Of a stretch of 64,000 bases of DNA, positions 48,862-57,963 are shown piece after piece. The notes beneath the pieces were generated by a model. The model was not told where the DNA came from. It searched no databases and saw only the letters and a list, made by a program, of their open reading frames with translations. Location of the stretch: positions 9,587 to 73,586 of the forward strand of contig SIBJ01000006.1 of assembly GCA_009695195.1 (NCBI GenBank), given 5' to 3'. The DNA is from Pedosphaera sp. Lineage in GTDB: Bacteria > Verrucomicrobiota > Verrucomicrobiia > Limisphaerales > JADLHS01. Each line of letters begins with the position of its first letter. The first letter of the stretch is position 1. A program made the translations under genes and the position numbers.

Positions 48862-49557
48862 ATGAACTCACAAAGTTATCCGCAACCCATCCCGGTCGCC
48901 GAGCTGGACGATCACGCCCGCGGTCGTTTCGTCTCGCGCACGTACTCGCACCTGTTCGGCGCGATCCTGGCCTTCACGCTGATCGAGGTGATGCTGTTCA
49001 AGCTGGGCTACGCCGAACCGATGGCGAAGGCGATGCTCGGAACCTCGTGGCTGCTGGTGCTCGGCGGGTTCGTCGTCATCTCGTGGCTGGCCCGCAGCGT
49101 GGCGCACTCGGCTGAATCCAAAGCCGCGCAATACGCCGGACTCGCGTTCTACGTGGTCGGCCAATCCATCATTTTTGTGCCGCTGCTATATCTCGCGGAA
49201 AGATTCGCGCCCGGTGCCATCGGCAGCGCGGCGATGGTGACGTTCCTCGGGTTCGCCGCGCTGACGGCGATTGTGTTCGTCACGCGCAAGGATTTCTCCT
49301 TCCTGCGCGGCATCCTGATGTGGGGCGGCATCATCGCGCTCGTGCTGATCGTGGCCGGGGCGATCTTCGGTTTTCAACTCGGAACTTATTTTTCGGTCGG
49401 CATGATCGCGCTCGCCGGCGCGGCGATTCTCTACGACACGTCGAACGTCCTGCATCACTACTCGGAGGACCGTTACGTAGCGGCGTCACTCGAACTATTC
49501 GCCTCCGTCGCGTTGATGCTGTGGTACGTGCTGCGGTTGTTCATGTCGCGGCGCTAG
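48862..49557 (+). CDS. Bax inhibitor-1/YccA family membrane protein
   Basis: RFVSRTYSHL, 7 TM helices, TRKDFSFL, ILYDTS, YVAASLELF. Confidence 0.92.
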   Translation: MNSQSYPQPIPVAELDDHARGRFVSRTYSHLFGAILAFTLIEVMLFKLGYAEPMAKAMLGTSWLLVLGGFVVISWLARSVAHSAESKAAQYAGLAFYVVGQSIIFVPLLYLAERFAPGAIGSAAMVTFLGFAALTAIVFVTRKDFSFLRGILMWGGIIALVLIVAGAIFGFQLGTYFSVGMIALAGAAILYDTSNVLHHYSEDRYVAASLELFASVALMLWYVLRLFMSRR

Positions 49558-49580
49558 TCTCGACGCAACGTTGAAATTGC

Positions 49581-49613
49581 AAAGCCCGGCTCGCTTGAGC
49601 CGGGCTTTTTTTT
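49581..49613 (+). terminator. rho-independent terminator
   Basis: aaagcccggctc-gctt-gagccgggc followed by T8. Confidence 0.9.
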
Positions 49614-49685
49614 GGAGCGCCGAGCACTGTCTCGGCTCGATTCGAATGTCGTCTTGAAACTTGCCGAGGCGGTGCTCGGCGCTCC
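49614..49685. repeat. GGAG-type REP doublet (family F), intergenic copy
   Basis: ggagcgccgagcactgtctcggc ... gccgaggcggtgctcggcgctcc; same arms at 53422-53492. Confidence 0.85.
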
Positions 49686-51145
49686 TACGCCAGCAACGGC
49701 TCGACGACTTTTCCAAACACATCCGTCAGCCGGAATCTTCGGCCCTGGAAAAAGTAATTGAGCCGTTCGTGATCAATTCCCATCAGGCGCAGCATCGTCG
49801 CCTGAAAATCGTGAACGTGAACGCCGTCCTTCGCGACGTTATAGCTGAAATCATCCGTCTCGCCGTAAACCATTCCCGGCTTCGCGCCGCCGCCGGCCAG
49901 CCACATTGAGAAACACCGCGGATGATGATCGCGGCCATAGTCGTCCGCCGTCAGTTTGCCCTGCGAATAGCTCGTGCGCCCGAACTCGCCGCCCCAGATC
50001 ACCAACGTGTCGTCGAGCATCCCGCGCTGTTTCAGATCCGTGATGAGCGCCGCGCTCGCCTGATCGGTCTCTTTGCACTGGACGGAAATTCCCTTCGGCA
50101 ACCCGCCGTGCTGATCCCAGCCTTGATGATAAAGCTGGATGAATTTGACGCCCTTCTCCGCGAGCCGCCGCGCGAGCAGACAATTCGCCGCGAACGTTCC
50201 CGGCTTCTTCGCGTCCGGCCCGTAAAGCTCGAACGTCGCCTCCGTCTCCTTCGACAAATCCATCACCTCCGGCACGCTCGTCTGCATCCGATACGACATC
50301 TCATACTGCCCGATGCGCGCGTCCACGTCGGCGTCGCCGGATTTCTGCGCCGCGTGCGCGTGCAAATCTTTCAAGCGATCCAGCAACAGCCGGCGGCTCG
50401 CCGTCGTCACGCCGTCGGGATTGCTCAAATACAAAACCGGATCCTTGCCGCTGCGAAATTGCACGCCCTGATGTTGCGCCGGCAAAAAACCGCTGCCCCA
50501 CAACCGCGCGTACAGCGGCTGATCCACCTTGCCCGGCGTGATGAGCACGACGAACGACGGCAGATTTTCGTTGTCGGTGCCGAGGCCGTAGTGAACCCAC
50601 GACCCGATGCTGGGCCGCCCGGAAATCTGCGAGCCGGTTTGCAAAAAGGTGATCGCCGGATCGTGATTGATCGCCTCGGTGAACACCGAACGCACGATGC
50701 ATAACTCGTCCACGACCTTCGCCGTGTGCGGCAACAGATCACAAACCCATGTGCCGTTCCTGCCGTATTGTTTGAATCCAAACTTCGAACCCGCCAGCGG
50801 CAGCGACGATTGATTGCCCGACATGCCGGTGAGCCGCTGGCCCATGCGCACCGACGCCGGCAACTGCTCGCCGTTGCGCTGATTGAGCACCGGCTTGTAG
50901 TCGAACGTCTCGATCTGCGACGGCCCGCCCGCCATGAAAAGATAAATCACGCGCTTGGCCTTCGCGGGAAAATGAAGCTGACCGTTGAGAATCCCGTGAT
51001 CCGGGCCGCGCGTGGCGGCAAACAAGTTCGCCGGTGAAATCAGATTGGCCAGCGCCACGCCGCCCAATCCCATGCCGAAGCGATTGAGAAACCCGCGCCG
51101 CGAAAGTCCGGCGGCGGACAATGGTCCGGTGCAGATGGAATTCAT
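49685..51145 (-). CDS. DUF1501 domain protein (Tat-exported, sulfatase-like)
   Basis: SRRGFL Tat motif, AKRVIYLFMAGGPSQIETFD.KP, GWDQH, WGGEFGRT, GRDHH, FRLTDV. Confidence 0.93.
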   Translation of the reverse strand: MNSICTGPLSAAGLSRRGFLNRFGMGLGGVALANLISPANLFAATRGPDHGILNGQLHFPAKAKRVIYLFMAGGPSQIETFDYKPVLNQRNGEQLPASVRMGQRLTGMSGNQSSLPLAGSKFGFKQYGRNGTWVCDLLPHTAKVVDELCIVRSVFTEAINHDPAITFLQTGSQISGRPSIGSWVHYGLGTDNENLPSFVVLITPGKVDQPLYARLWGSGFLPAQHQGVQFRSGKDPVLYLSNPDGVTTASRRLLLDRLKDLHAHAAQKSGDADVDARIGQYEMSYRMQTSVPEVMDLSKETEATFELYGPDAKKPGTFAANCLLARRLAEKGVKFIQLYHQGWDQHGGLPKGISVQCKETDQASAALITDLKQRGMLDDTLVIWGGEFGRTSYSQGKLTADDYGRDHHPRCFSMWLAGGGAKPGMVYGETDDFSYNVAKDGVHVHDFQATMLRLMGIDHERLNYFFQGRRFRLTDVFGKVVEPLLA

Positions 51146-51146
51146 A

Positions 51147-51630
51147 GATGCGTGATACGGGATGCGGGATGCGGGATGGAATTCACTTCGGGCTTTGGTG
51201 TTGTTCTTCGACCGATTGGATAAAGCGATTGAGCTTTCGGCCAAGTTCGTCGAGCAGGCTGTTCAACCGGGTGAACAGATCATCATCCGTGAGTGACTCG
51301 CAGTCCTTCAAGGTCAGAAGATGGTCAATCGTCTCATCACACGAGGCGTGGGCAAAAACCAGAAAGCGCAGGTATTCCTGTTTGTAGCGACGGCGGCCAA
51401 ATCCTTCCACAATGTTCGAGCGGATTGATTTCACCGACCGGCGGATTTGACTGCCGGTTTCATACATCTCAAACTTCGGCAGCTTGCTGATCGTCATCTT
51501 GTGAATGTCGGTCGTGGCTTTGCGAGCCAACTGCCAGATTTCCAAGTCGGTATAGTTCATAATCGCTTTAGAGTTTGACTGTCCATTTGCCAAACAGGTT
51601 TCCACGCGCACCCCGTATCCCGCATCCCGC
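51147..51630. mobile_element. four-helix-bundle gene cassette bounded by inverted GATGCGG heptamer arrays
   Basis: gatgcgt-gatacgg-gatgcgg-gatgcgg at 51147-51174 and cgcaccc-cgtatcc-cgcatcc-cgc at 51607-51630; fills the gap between the DUF1553 stop and DUF1501 start. Confidence 0.6.
51183..51560 (-). CDS. four helix bundle protein (23S rRNA IVS-protein / bAvd-like family)
   Basis: [37 protein letters not shown]....EY.RFL..A.AS..ET. Confidence 0.93.
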   Translation of the reverse strand: MNYTDLEIWQLARKATTDIHKMTISKLPKFEMYETGSQIRRSVKSIRSNIVEGFGRRRYKQEYLRFLVFAHASCDETIDHLLTLKDCESLTDDDLFTRLNSLLDELGRKLNRFIQSVEEQHQSPK

Positions 51631-51632
51631 CT

Positions 51633-54600
51633 TCATTTTTCCACCACAAATTCGTCGAAGTTCATGATCGCGCTCACCAGCGTCGTCAGCGCGGCGAAGT
51701 CGGCGCGCGGCAACGACTCGTCCCACTTCGATTCGCCGGTGCTCAACAATTTCTTCGCGCTTTCGTCGTCCTTCGTAAATAAATTCTTCTGCTCGCTGAA
51801 AAGCTGGCGCAGGATTTTAGTTTCCGTTCTGTCCGGCAGACGGCCGGTCAATTCGCGGAAGGCTTCACCGTTCCGCTTCGCTTCGTCGTTCGGAAATTGT
51901 TTCAACAACTTCTCGCTGAGCACGCGCGCCGCCTCGATGAATTGCGGGTCGTTCAGCAGCACCAGGGATTGCAGCGGCGTGGCGGTGGTCTCGCGTTTGG
52001 CGGTGCAGACTTCGCGCGTGAGGGCGTCGAACGTCAGCATCGAAGCCGGCGGTGCGGTGCGCCGCCAGAAGGTGTAGAGGCTGCGGCGGTATAGTTTCTC
52101 GCCGTGATCCTGGGTGTAGGTTTTGCCGGTGCCGGATTGCTCCCACAAACCCGCCGGCTGATATGGTTTCACACTCAGTCCGCCGAGGGAGCGATTCAAC
52201 AACCCGCTCGCGGCCAGCGCGCCATCGCGAATCTGCTCGGCCAGCAAACGCATCTTCGGCCCGCGCGCGAGCAGGCGGTTTTCCGGATCGCGCTCCACGA
52301 GTTCGCGCGGCGCACGCGACGATTGCCGAAACGTGGCCGATGTAACGATTAAACGATGCAACGCTTTCACGTCCCACCCGTTGTCCATCAACCAGCCCGC
52401 GAGCCAGTCCAGCAATTCCGGATGCGATGGCAATCTTCCCTGACTTCCAAAATCTTCCGGCGTGGCAACGAGGCCGCGGCCGAAATGCGTTTTCCAAACA
52501 CGATTCACCACCACGCGCGCGGTGAGTGGATTGCGCCGGTCGGTGAGCCATTGCGCGAGGCCGAGGCGATTGCGCGGCGCGGTCGCGGGAAACTCCAGAA
52601 CCTTCGCGGGCGTCTCGGGCTGGACCTCATCGCCCGGCGCGTCGTAAGCGCCGCGCTTGAGCAGGTGCGAGACGCGGCGCTGCGGCATTTCGTCCATCAC
52701 CATGATTTCCGGCACGTCGTTGACGAGCGCGTTTTCCTGCTCGCGAAGTTTTTTCAGTTCGGCGAGCGCCGCGCGATAAGGCTCGTGCTTGCGCGCGAGG
52801 AAGTATTGGAGCGCGGCACTCCGGGCCGCAGCGATCTCGAGTGCGGTAGGGCTGCGGCCCGGAGTGCCGCGCGCCGCCAACTCCACCTCCGCCGCCGTCA
52901 GCGCCACATCAAACACCTGCACGTCATCCAGCAACCCATTCTTGAATCCGTTGTCGCGAAAGCGCGCACCGAGTGCGAGGTGAATGCCGCCCACCTCCGC
53001 GTCGCCCCATTCCTTGCGATGGACGATGTCTTTGTAAAGATGGTCGCGCACGACTTCGGTTTCCATTCGCGTGCCGTTGAGGAAAAGCTGGATGCCCGCC
53101 GCGCGGCTTGAACCATCGTAGGTCACGACGATTTGCGACCACTCGCTGGTGGGCAACACTTCCTTCGCGCGCACGGCGATGGCGTTGCCCGGCCAGAAAT
53201 GAATCAGGCCGAAGAACGGTTTGCCATGATCCAGCACAAGTTCGTAGCCGCGACTGGCCGAGTCCGTCCACGCGCGCGAATGATGCAGGATCACCGCGCG
53301 GTCGTGCACTTCGGCCGGCTTGAGCCAGAGCGCGAACGAGAACGCGTCGGTGCGTTTGAAATCCCCCACGCCCTTGCAAACGACCTGGTTGTCGCCGCTG
53401 AACTGGAGCGCGAAGTTCGTCGGAGCGCCGAGCACCGTCTCGGCCAGTTGGTTGTTGCGTTCGGTTCGAGCCGAGGCGGTGCTCGGCGCTCCGGCCACCA
53501 GCACCGGCCCGTCTTCAAGCCGGGCGACGTTCGCCGAAACGCTGTCCGGCGTAGTGTGGTTCGTCACCGAATCAAATTGGAATCGGGCGATGGGCTGCGG
53601 CTGGGAGATTTCCCCGTCCGACCCGAGCCATTTCTGAAATTCTTTTCCGGCGTCGCGCGCGGTTTCTTGCAACTTCGCTTCCGCGCCGGCGATCTGCATT
53701 TTCAACTCGCCATGTTGTTTCTCCTTCCCCTCGGGCCAGAGCAACAGCGTCGGCGTGGGCGTGGCGCGCGTGAAGTGCGAGTAAAGTCCCGACTCGTCAA
53801 TGTTGTTGAAGAACGCCGCGAGCGAATAGTAATCGCGCTGCGTGACGGGGTCGTATTTGTGATCGTGACAGCGCGCGCAACCGAGCGTGAGGCCGAGCAT
53901 CGCGGTGCCGAAGGTGTTCACGCGGTCGGAAATATATTCCGCGCGAAACTCTTCCTCCACGCTCCCGCCTTCGTTCGTCTGGCGATGCAGACGATTGAAG
54001 GCCGTGGCGAGCTTTTGTTCGCGCGTCGCGTTCGGCAACAGATCGCCGGCGATCTGCCAGCGGAGAAAATCATCGTAGCGCAGGTTATCGTTGAAGGCGC
54101 GGATGACCCAATCGCGCCACGGCGACATGTCGCGCTCCACGTCGCTCTGGTAGCCGTAAGTGTCGGCGTAACGCGCGAGATCGAGCCAGTCCAGCGCCAT
54201 GCGTTCGCCATACGCGGGCGAGGCCAGATATTTTTCCACGACGCGCTCGTAGGCATCGCGTGATTTGTCTTTGAGAAAGGAATCAATCTCTTGTGACGTC
54301 GGCGGCAGGCCGGTGAGATTCAACGCGAGGCGGCGGAGCAACGTTTCACGCGAAGCTTCCGGCGCGGGTCTCAACTTCTCGCTCTCAATTTTCGCCAGCA
54401 CGAATGAGTCAACGGGATTGCGCGCCCACTTCGCGTCGCGCGGTTTCGGTGGTGAAACCTTCTCGACCGGATTGAACGACCAATGGGACTTATACTCCGC
54501 GCCCCGCGCAACCCAGCGCTTGAGCAAATCCTTTTCTGCGACGGTCAGCTTGAGATTCGATTTCTCCGGCGGCATCTGGTCGTCGTCCGTCGCGAAGACG

Positions 54601-54902
54601 CGGCGGACGAGTTCGCTCTTCGCGAGGTCACCGGGTTTCACCACCGCCATTCCGTCTTCGAGTTCCTTGAACAAACCCTCGCGCGTGTCGAGCCGGAGCT
54701 TTTTCTTGCGCGCCTTCTCGTCCGGGCCGTGGCAGGCAAAACAACGATCCGAGAGCAGCGGACGGATTTGAAAATTGAAATCCACCTTCGCCGGGTCCGC
54801 GCCGGAAGCCATCGCCACGGGCAGCGCGCAAAGCAGGACCGCAAGCGGTCCGCGAAGGGAAACGCTCCGGCGCAAACGGCGGCTGGCGATGCGACTGGGC
54901 AC
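51633..54902 (-). CDS. planctomycete cytochrome c / DUF1549 / LamG / DUF1553 protein (start approximate)
   Basis: RCFACHGPD and CARCHDHKYDP heme motifs, YGERMA..WLDLARYADT, LamG insert, NPLTARV.VNRVW, PSHPELLDWLA, TPLQSL.LLND. Confidence 0.92.
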   Translation of the reverse strand: MPSRIASRRLRRSVSLRGPLAVLLCALPVAMASGADPAKVDFNFQIRPLLSDRCFACHGPDEKARKKKLRLDTREGLFKELEDGMAVVKPGDLAKSELVRRVFATDDDQMPPEKSNLKLTVAEKDLLKRWVARGAEYKSHWSFNPVEKVSPPKPRDAKWARNPVDSFVLAKIESEKLRPAPEASRETLLRRLALNLTGLPPTSQEIDSFLKDKSRDAYERVVEKYLASPAYGERMALDWLDLARYADTYGYQSDVERDMSPWRDWVIRAFNDNLRYDDFLRWQIAGDLLPNATREQKLATAFNRLHRQTNEGGSVEEEFRAEYISDRVNTFGTAMLGLTLGCARCHDHKYDPVTQRDYYSLAAFFNNIDESGLYSHFTRATPTPTLLLWPEGKEKQHGELKMQIAGAEAKLQETARDAGKEFQKWLGSDGEISQPQPIARFQFDSVTNHTTPDSVSANVARLEDGPVLVAGAPSTASARTERNNQLAETVLGAPTNFALQFSGDNQVVCKGVGDFKRTDAFSFALWLKPAEVHDRAVILHHSRAWTDSASRGYELVLDHGKPFFGLIHFWPGNAIAVRAKEVLPTSEWSQIVVTYDGSSRAAGIQLFLNGTRMETEVVRDHLYKDIVHRKEWGDAEVGGIHLALGARFRDNGFKNGLLDDVQVFDVALTAAEVELAARGTPGRSPTALEIAAARSAALQYFLARKHEPYRAALAELKKLREQENALVNDVPEIMVMDEMPQRRVSHLLKRGAYDAPGDEVQPETPAKVLEFPATAPRNRLGLAQWLTDRRNPLTARVVVNRVWKTHFGRGLVATPEDFGSQGRLPSHPELLDWLAGWLMDNGWDVKALHRLIVTSATFRQSSRAPRELVERDPENRLLARGPKMRLLAEQIRDGALAASGLLNRSLGGLSVKPYQPAGLWEQSGTGKTYTQDHGEKLYRRSLYTFWRRTAPPASMLTFDALTREVCTAKRETTATPLQSLVLLNDPQFIEAARVLSEKLLKQFPNDEAKRNGEAFRELTGRLPDRTETKILRQLFSEQKNLFTKDDESAKKLLSTGESKWDESLPRADFAALTTLVSAIMNFDEFVVEK
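52808..52875. repeat. family D REP doublet in-frame inside the DUF1553 gene
   Basis: 25-bp arms with one mismatch; encodes ARGTPGRSPTALEIAAARSAAL. Confidence 0.85.
53422..53492. repeat. family F REP doublet in-frame inside the DUF1553 gene
   Basis: 23-bp arms with one mismatch; encodes GAPSTASARTERNNQLAETVLGAP. Confidence 0.85.
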
Positions 54903-54994
54903 ATCCCGAGCGTAGCAAAACCCCCGGCGCGGCAACATTCGATTTGACGGCGAAGCCATTGGAAAATTGCCGGGGGACTTCGGGCCCGAGACCA

Positions 54995-55324
54995 TCATCT
55001 TTTGAGCGGCCGGATTTCGCCGGTCACTTCCGTCACGACGGAATAGCCTTCGAGTTGGCGCGGGATGGCGCGTTGGTTCTCCGCTGTCGCGCGCGACAAC
55101 ATCACCTTCAGGCATTGCGTGCGTCCGTCTTCTTGCGCGCCGACGTAAACACCCACGACGCCGGGAATCGCCAGCAACTCTTGGTCGTGCGCGGCGAGCA
55201 CGGCGTTGATGTCGCGCGGCGGAGCAGAAGAATTCTTCGAGGTCATCGAGGATTGGCAGCCGATGAGCAGCGCCGCCGCGCTGATGGTGATGGCGCGCCG
55301 CAGTTTTTGTTTTCCATGACTCAC
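54995..55324 (-). CDS. small lipoprotein resembling the pro-domain of the adjacent protease
   Basis: LLIGC lipobox; ELLAIPGVVGVYVG...LKVML...IPRQLEGYSVVTEVTGEIRP. Confidence 0.75.
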   Translation of the reverse strand: MSHGKQKLRRAITISAAALLIGCQSSMTSKNSSAPPRDINAVLAAHDQELLAIPGVVGVYVGAQEDGRTQCLKVMLSRATAENQRAIPRQLEGYSVVTEVTGEIRPLKR

Positions 55325-55334
55325 AAATGAAATG

Positions 55335-55369
55335 AAAACACCCGCTCGCGAATCCGCCAGCGGGTGTTG
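55335..55369 (-). terminator. stem-loop/terminator after the protease gene
   Basis: Minus strand aacacccgct...agcgggtgtt followed by ttcatttc. Confidence 0.6.
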
Positions 55370-55390
55370 AGAAAACTTTAACCCGCGCGG

Positions 55391-56509
55391 TCAATTCCCG
55401 ACCATTATGGCCGTGCCGCCAAGCTTTCCGCCGAGAAATGTGAGCACCTGGCCGATGGGATTGGCGATCGCCGTCGTGCTGCTGCCGGCGTAAAGCAGGC
55501 CCACGGCGTGTGGATTGGTGGCGATGTCTTCGACCATCAGTGACCCAGAATCGCCGCCGTTCAGGAAGCCGCTGCCGCTGTTCGCGACGACAATCTGGCC
55601 GGTGTAGGTTTTTGTGAACGCAGCGCCGCCAGCACATTCGTTGTCGTAGGCGACACTGATCGTGGCGTTCAAGCCGGAGATTCTGCTGCGCGTGAGGCCG
55701 GAGGTGCGCCCGCTTTTCTTCACCGCTTGATTGATAAACGCGGCGACGGTTTGCGAGGACAGCGTGCCGATTTCGAGAATCGCGCCGTCGCTGCGGACCA
55801 TGCCGGACACGACTTGCGCGACGGAGCAATCCACGTTGGAGGTGGGGAGCGAACTGACTTTGACGAGCGTGCCGACGTTCTGCGCGCCGGAGGCGCTGCA
55901 ATTCACGTCAATGAGTCCCGGCTGAATGACCGCATCGCCCGTGGTGGCCACGATGCCGTTGCCGCCCGCCACAATGTCGGACTCGAAGACGTGATAATTG
56001 CTGAGGATGTATTGGACGCTGTTGACCTGGATGAGCGAGCCGAGCGTGCCACCGCAGCAATAGCCGTTGGCGAGGTCCGTGCGCCAGCCACCGCTCGTGC
56101 CGAGCTGGATGGGCGGGGTCTGTTTCGCCTTGTGGCTCACGCCGCTGCCGGGCTTGCCTTTGAACGCGCGAAATTTGTCGGTCAATTCCGCGCGCACTCC
56201 CGCACCGCGCAGCTTCGGCGGCAAAGCGCGCACGACATCGGCGGTGCCGTTGCCGGCTTCGTCCACGAACACGATCAACTCCGGCTCGCCCGCGGCGTCC
56301 GCGCCGATGGCCGTGCCGAGGACCGGTTCGAGTTTCATCAAATCGCCGGTGATCTCGTGCTGGAGGGCCATCACGTTTTTGACCTTGGCGTGGGTTTCGT
56401 CGAGCACGGCGTCGGGCGGGTTGGCCCAAGCCAGTGCCGGCAGCAAAATGGAAACGAGGGTGATGCAAGCGCAGATGAGCTTGCCCGCGAGGGATTTCAG
56501 AGGGCGCAT
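55391..56509 (-). CDS. secreted trypsin-like serine protease (Nal1-like) with N-terminal pro-domain
   Basis: Signal peptide; GGTLG, ILSNYHV (His), VDCSVA (Asp), VKKSGRTSGLT, GGDSGS (Ser). Confidence 0.88.
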   Translation of the reverse strand: MRPLKSLAGKLICACITLVSILLPALAWANPPDAVLDETHAKVKNVMALQHEITGDLMKLEPVLGTAIGADAAGEPELIVFVDEAGNGTADVVRALPPKLRGAGVRAELTDKFRAFKGKPGSGVSHKAKQTPPIQLGTSGGWRTDLANGYCCGGTLGSLIQVNSVQYILSNYHVFESDIVAGGNGIVATTGDAVIQPGLIDVNCSASGAQNVGTLVKVSSLPTSNVDCSVAQVVSGMVRSDGAILEIGTLSSQTVAAFINQAVKKSGRTSGLTRSRISGLNATISVAYDNECAGGAAFTKTYTGQIVVANSGSGFLNGGDSGSLMVEDIATNPHAVGLLYAGSSTTAIANPIGQVLTFLGGKLGGTAIMVGN

Positions 56510-56590
56510 ATAGTTCGATGCTTATACTCCGGACCCGGCCATCGGTCAAATCGAAAGACTACCGAGATTGCGAAGCGGAGGAGAGTTGGG

Positions 56591-56663
56591 TCTTACTCTT
56601 CATCATCATCTTAATCGTAATCCGGCCAACACGATTAAGATTAAGATGAAGATTACGATTAAG
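56591..56663. repeat. inverted degenerate hexamer arrays, copy 2
   Basis: tcttactcttcatcatcatcttaatcgtaatc ... gattaagattaagatgaagattacgattaag. Confidence 0.85.
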
Positions 56664-56706
56664 CGGTTCGCGCCGACCTTCCGAACTTGAAATTCGCGGC
56701 GCGAAC

Positions 56707-57948
56707 GTGTCCCCTCTGCGCGTGCTGAGGGCGTTGCGCAAAGCCGAATACTTCGAACTCGTCGCGCTGTTTTTCATTCAAGGCAGCGCGCTCGGGATGT
56801 GGTTCGTGCCGTTGAGCAACATTCTCGACGCGCACGGACTCCATGACCTCAAGCCGCTCGCCTTCGCGTGCTCGGCGCTGGCGGCGTTCGTCTCGCCGCT
56901 CATTTTCGGCGCGATGGCCGACCGCCACGCGTCGCCGGTGAAAGTGTTGCGCGGCCTCGCGCTGGCCACGGCGGTGGCGATGGCGCTGGCTTGCACAGCG
57001 ATCAAATTGCACTGGCCACCGTGGCTCGTGCTCGCGTTGATCCAACTGCACGCGTTGTGCTCGTCGCCGACGTGGAGCATTTCCTCGACGATTGTTTTCG
57101 CTCGGCTCGCGGACGCGAAGCAGGAGTTCGGCCCGATCCGCGCGGTGGCAACGTTCGGCTGGATGGTGGGTTGCTGGCTCATCAGCGCGCTGGGCGCGGA
57201 CGCGTCCACGCTGGCGGGATTCAGCGGCGCGGTGATGTGGCTGCTGGTGTGCGCGTTCACTTTCTTCCTGCCCGATCTGGAAACGCCGAAGTCCGCCGAA
57301 CACCTGACATGGCGGCAGCGGCTGGGTTGGGACGCGCTGGCGTTGCTGAAGCATCCCGATCATCGCGTGGTGTTCATCACCGTCGCCTTGTTCTCGATTC
57401 CGCTGTGCGGCTTTTATCCCTATGCGCCGCCGCACCTGCGCGAACTCGGCTTCACGCGCACGAGCGCGTGGATGAGTCTCGGCCAGATCACGGAGATTCT
57501 CGCGATGTTGCTGCTCGGTGGATTGTTGGTGAGATGGCGGTTGAAATGGATTTTCGCGTGCGGTCTCGGTCTCGGCGTGGTGCGGTTCGCGTTGAGCGCC
57601 ATCAACGGCAAGGCGTGGTTGCTGGCGGGCGTGGTGTTACACGGCGCGTCGTTCGCGCTCGTGTTCATCACGGCTCAAATTTATCTGGACCAGCGGGTCG
57701 AAGCTGCGTGGCGGGCGCGAGCGCAGGCGTTGATGGCGCTGATGAACGGCGGCGTGGGCAATCTCCTCGGCTACCTCGGCACGGGCTGGTGGTTCGCCGC
57801 GTGTGCGCGGTCGCCCGGAACAAACTGGTCGTGGTTCTGGGGCGGACTGGCGGCGACAGTGGCAGTGGTGTTCGTTTATTTTCTCCTCGCCTATCGCGGC
57901 ATCGGAGCGGCGGGGCGAAACCATCCGAGACCGGGTGGAATGAATTGA
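56707..57948 (+). CDS. MFS transporter (nucleoside:H+ symporter NupG-like)
   Basis: 12 TM; GAMADRH, EFGPIRAVATFGW, MSLGQITEI, RARAQAL. Confidence 0.88.
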   Translation: MSPLRVLRALRKAEYFELVALFFIQGSALGMWFVPLSNILDAHGLHDLKPLAFACSALAAFVSPLIFGAMADRHASPVKVLRGLALATAVAMALACTAIKLHWPPWLVLALIQLHALCSSPTWSISSTIVFARLADAKQEFGPIRAVATFGWMVGCWLISALGADASTLAGFSGAVMWLLVCAFTFFLPDLETPKSAEHLTWRQRLGWDALALLKHPDHRVVFITVALFSIPLCGFYPYAPPHLRELGFTRTSAWMSLGQITEILAMLLLGGLLVRWRLKWIFACGLGLGVVRFALSAINGKAWLLAGVVLHGASFALVFITAQIYLDQRVEAAWRARAQALMALMNGGVGNLLGYLGTGWWFAACARSPGTNWSWFWGGLAATVAVVFVYFLLAYRGIGAAGRNHPRPGGMN

Positions 57949-57963
57949 GACCGGCCGGGTCGC

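Noticed and set aside
51183..51560. Diversity-generating retroelement (Avd-like gene)
   Set aside because: No reverse transcriptase and no TR/VR pair differing at adenines seen in the window
54903..55901. N-terminal 333 aa of the 1422-aa ORF
   Set aside because: Overlaps the real protease and lipoprotein genes in another frame; true start is near 54902-54938
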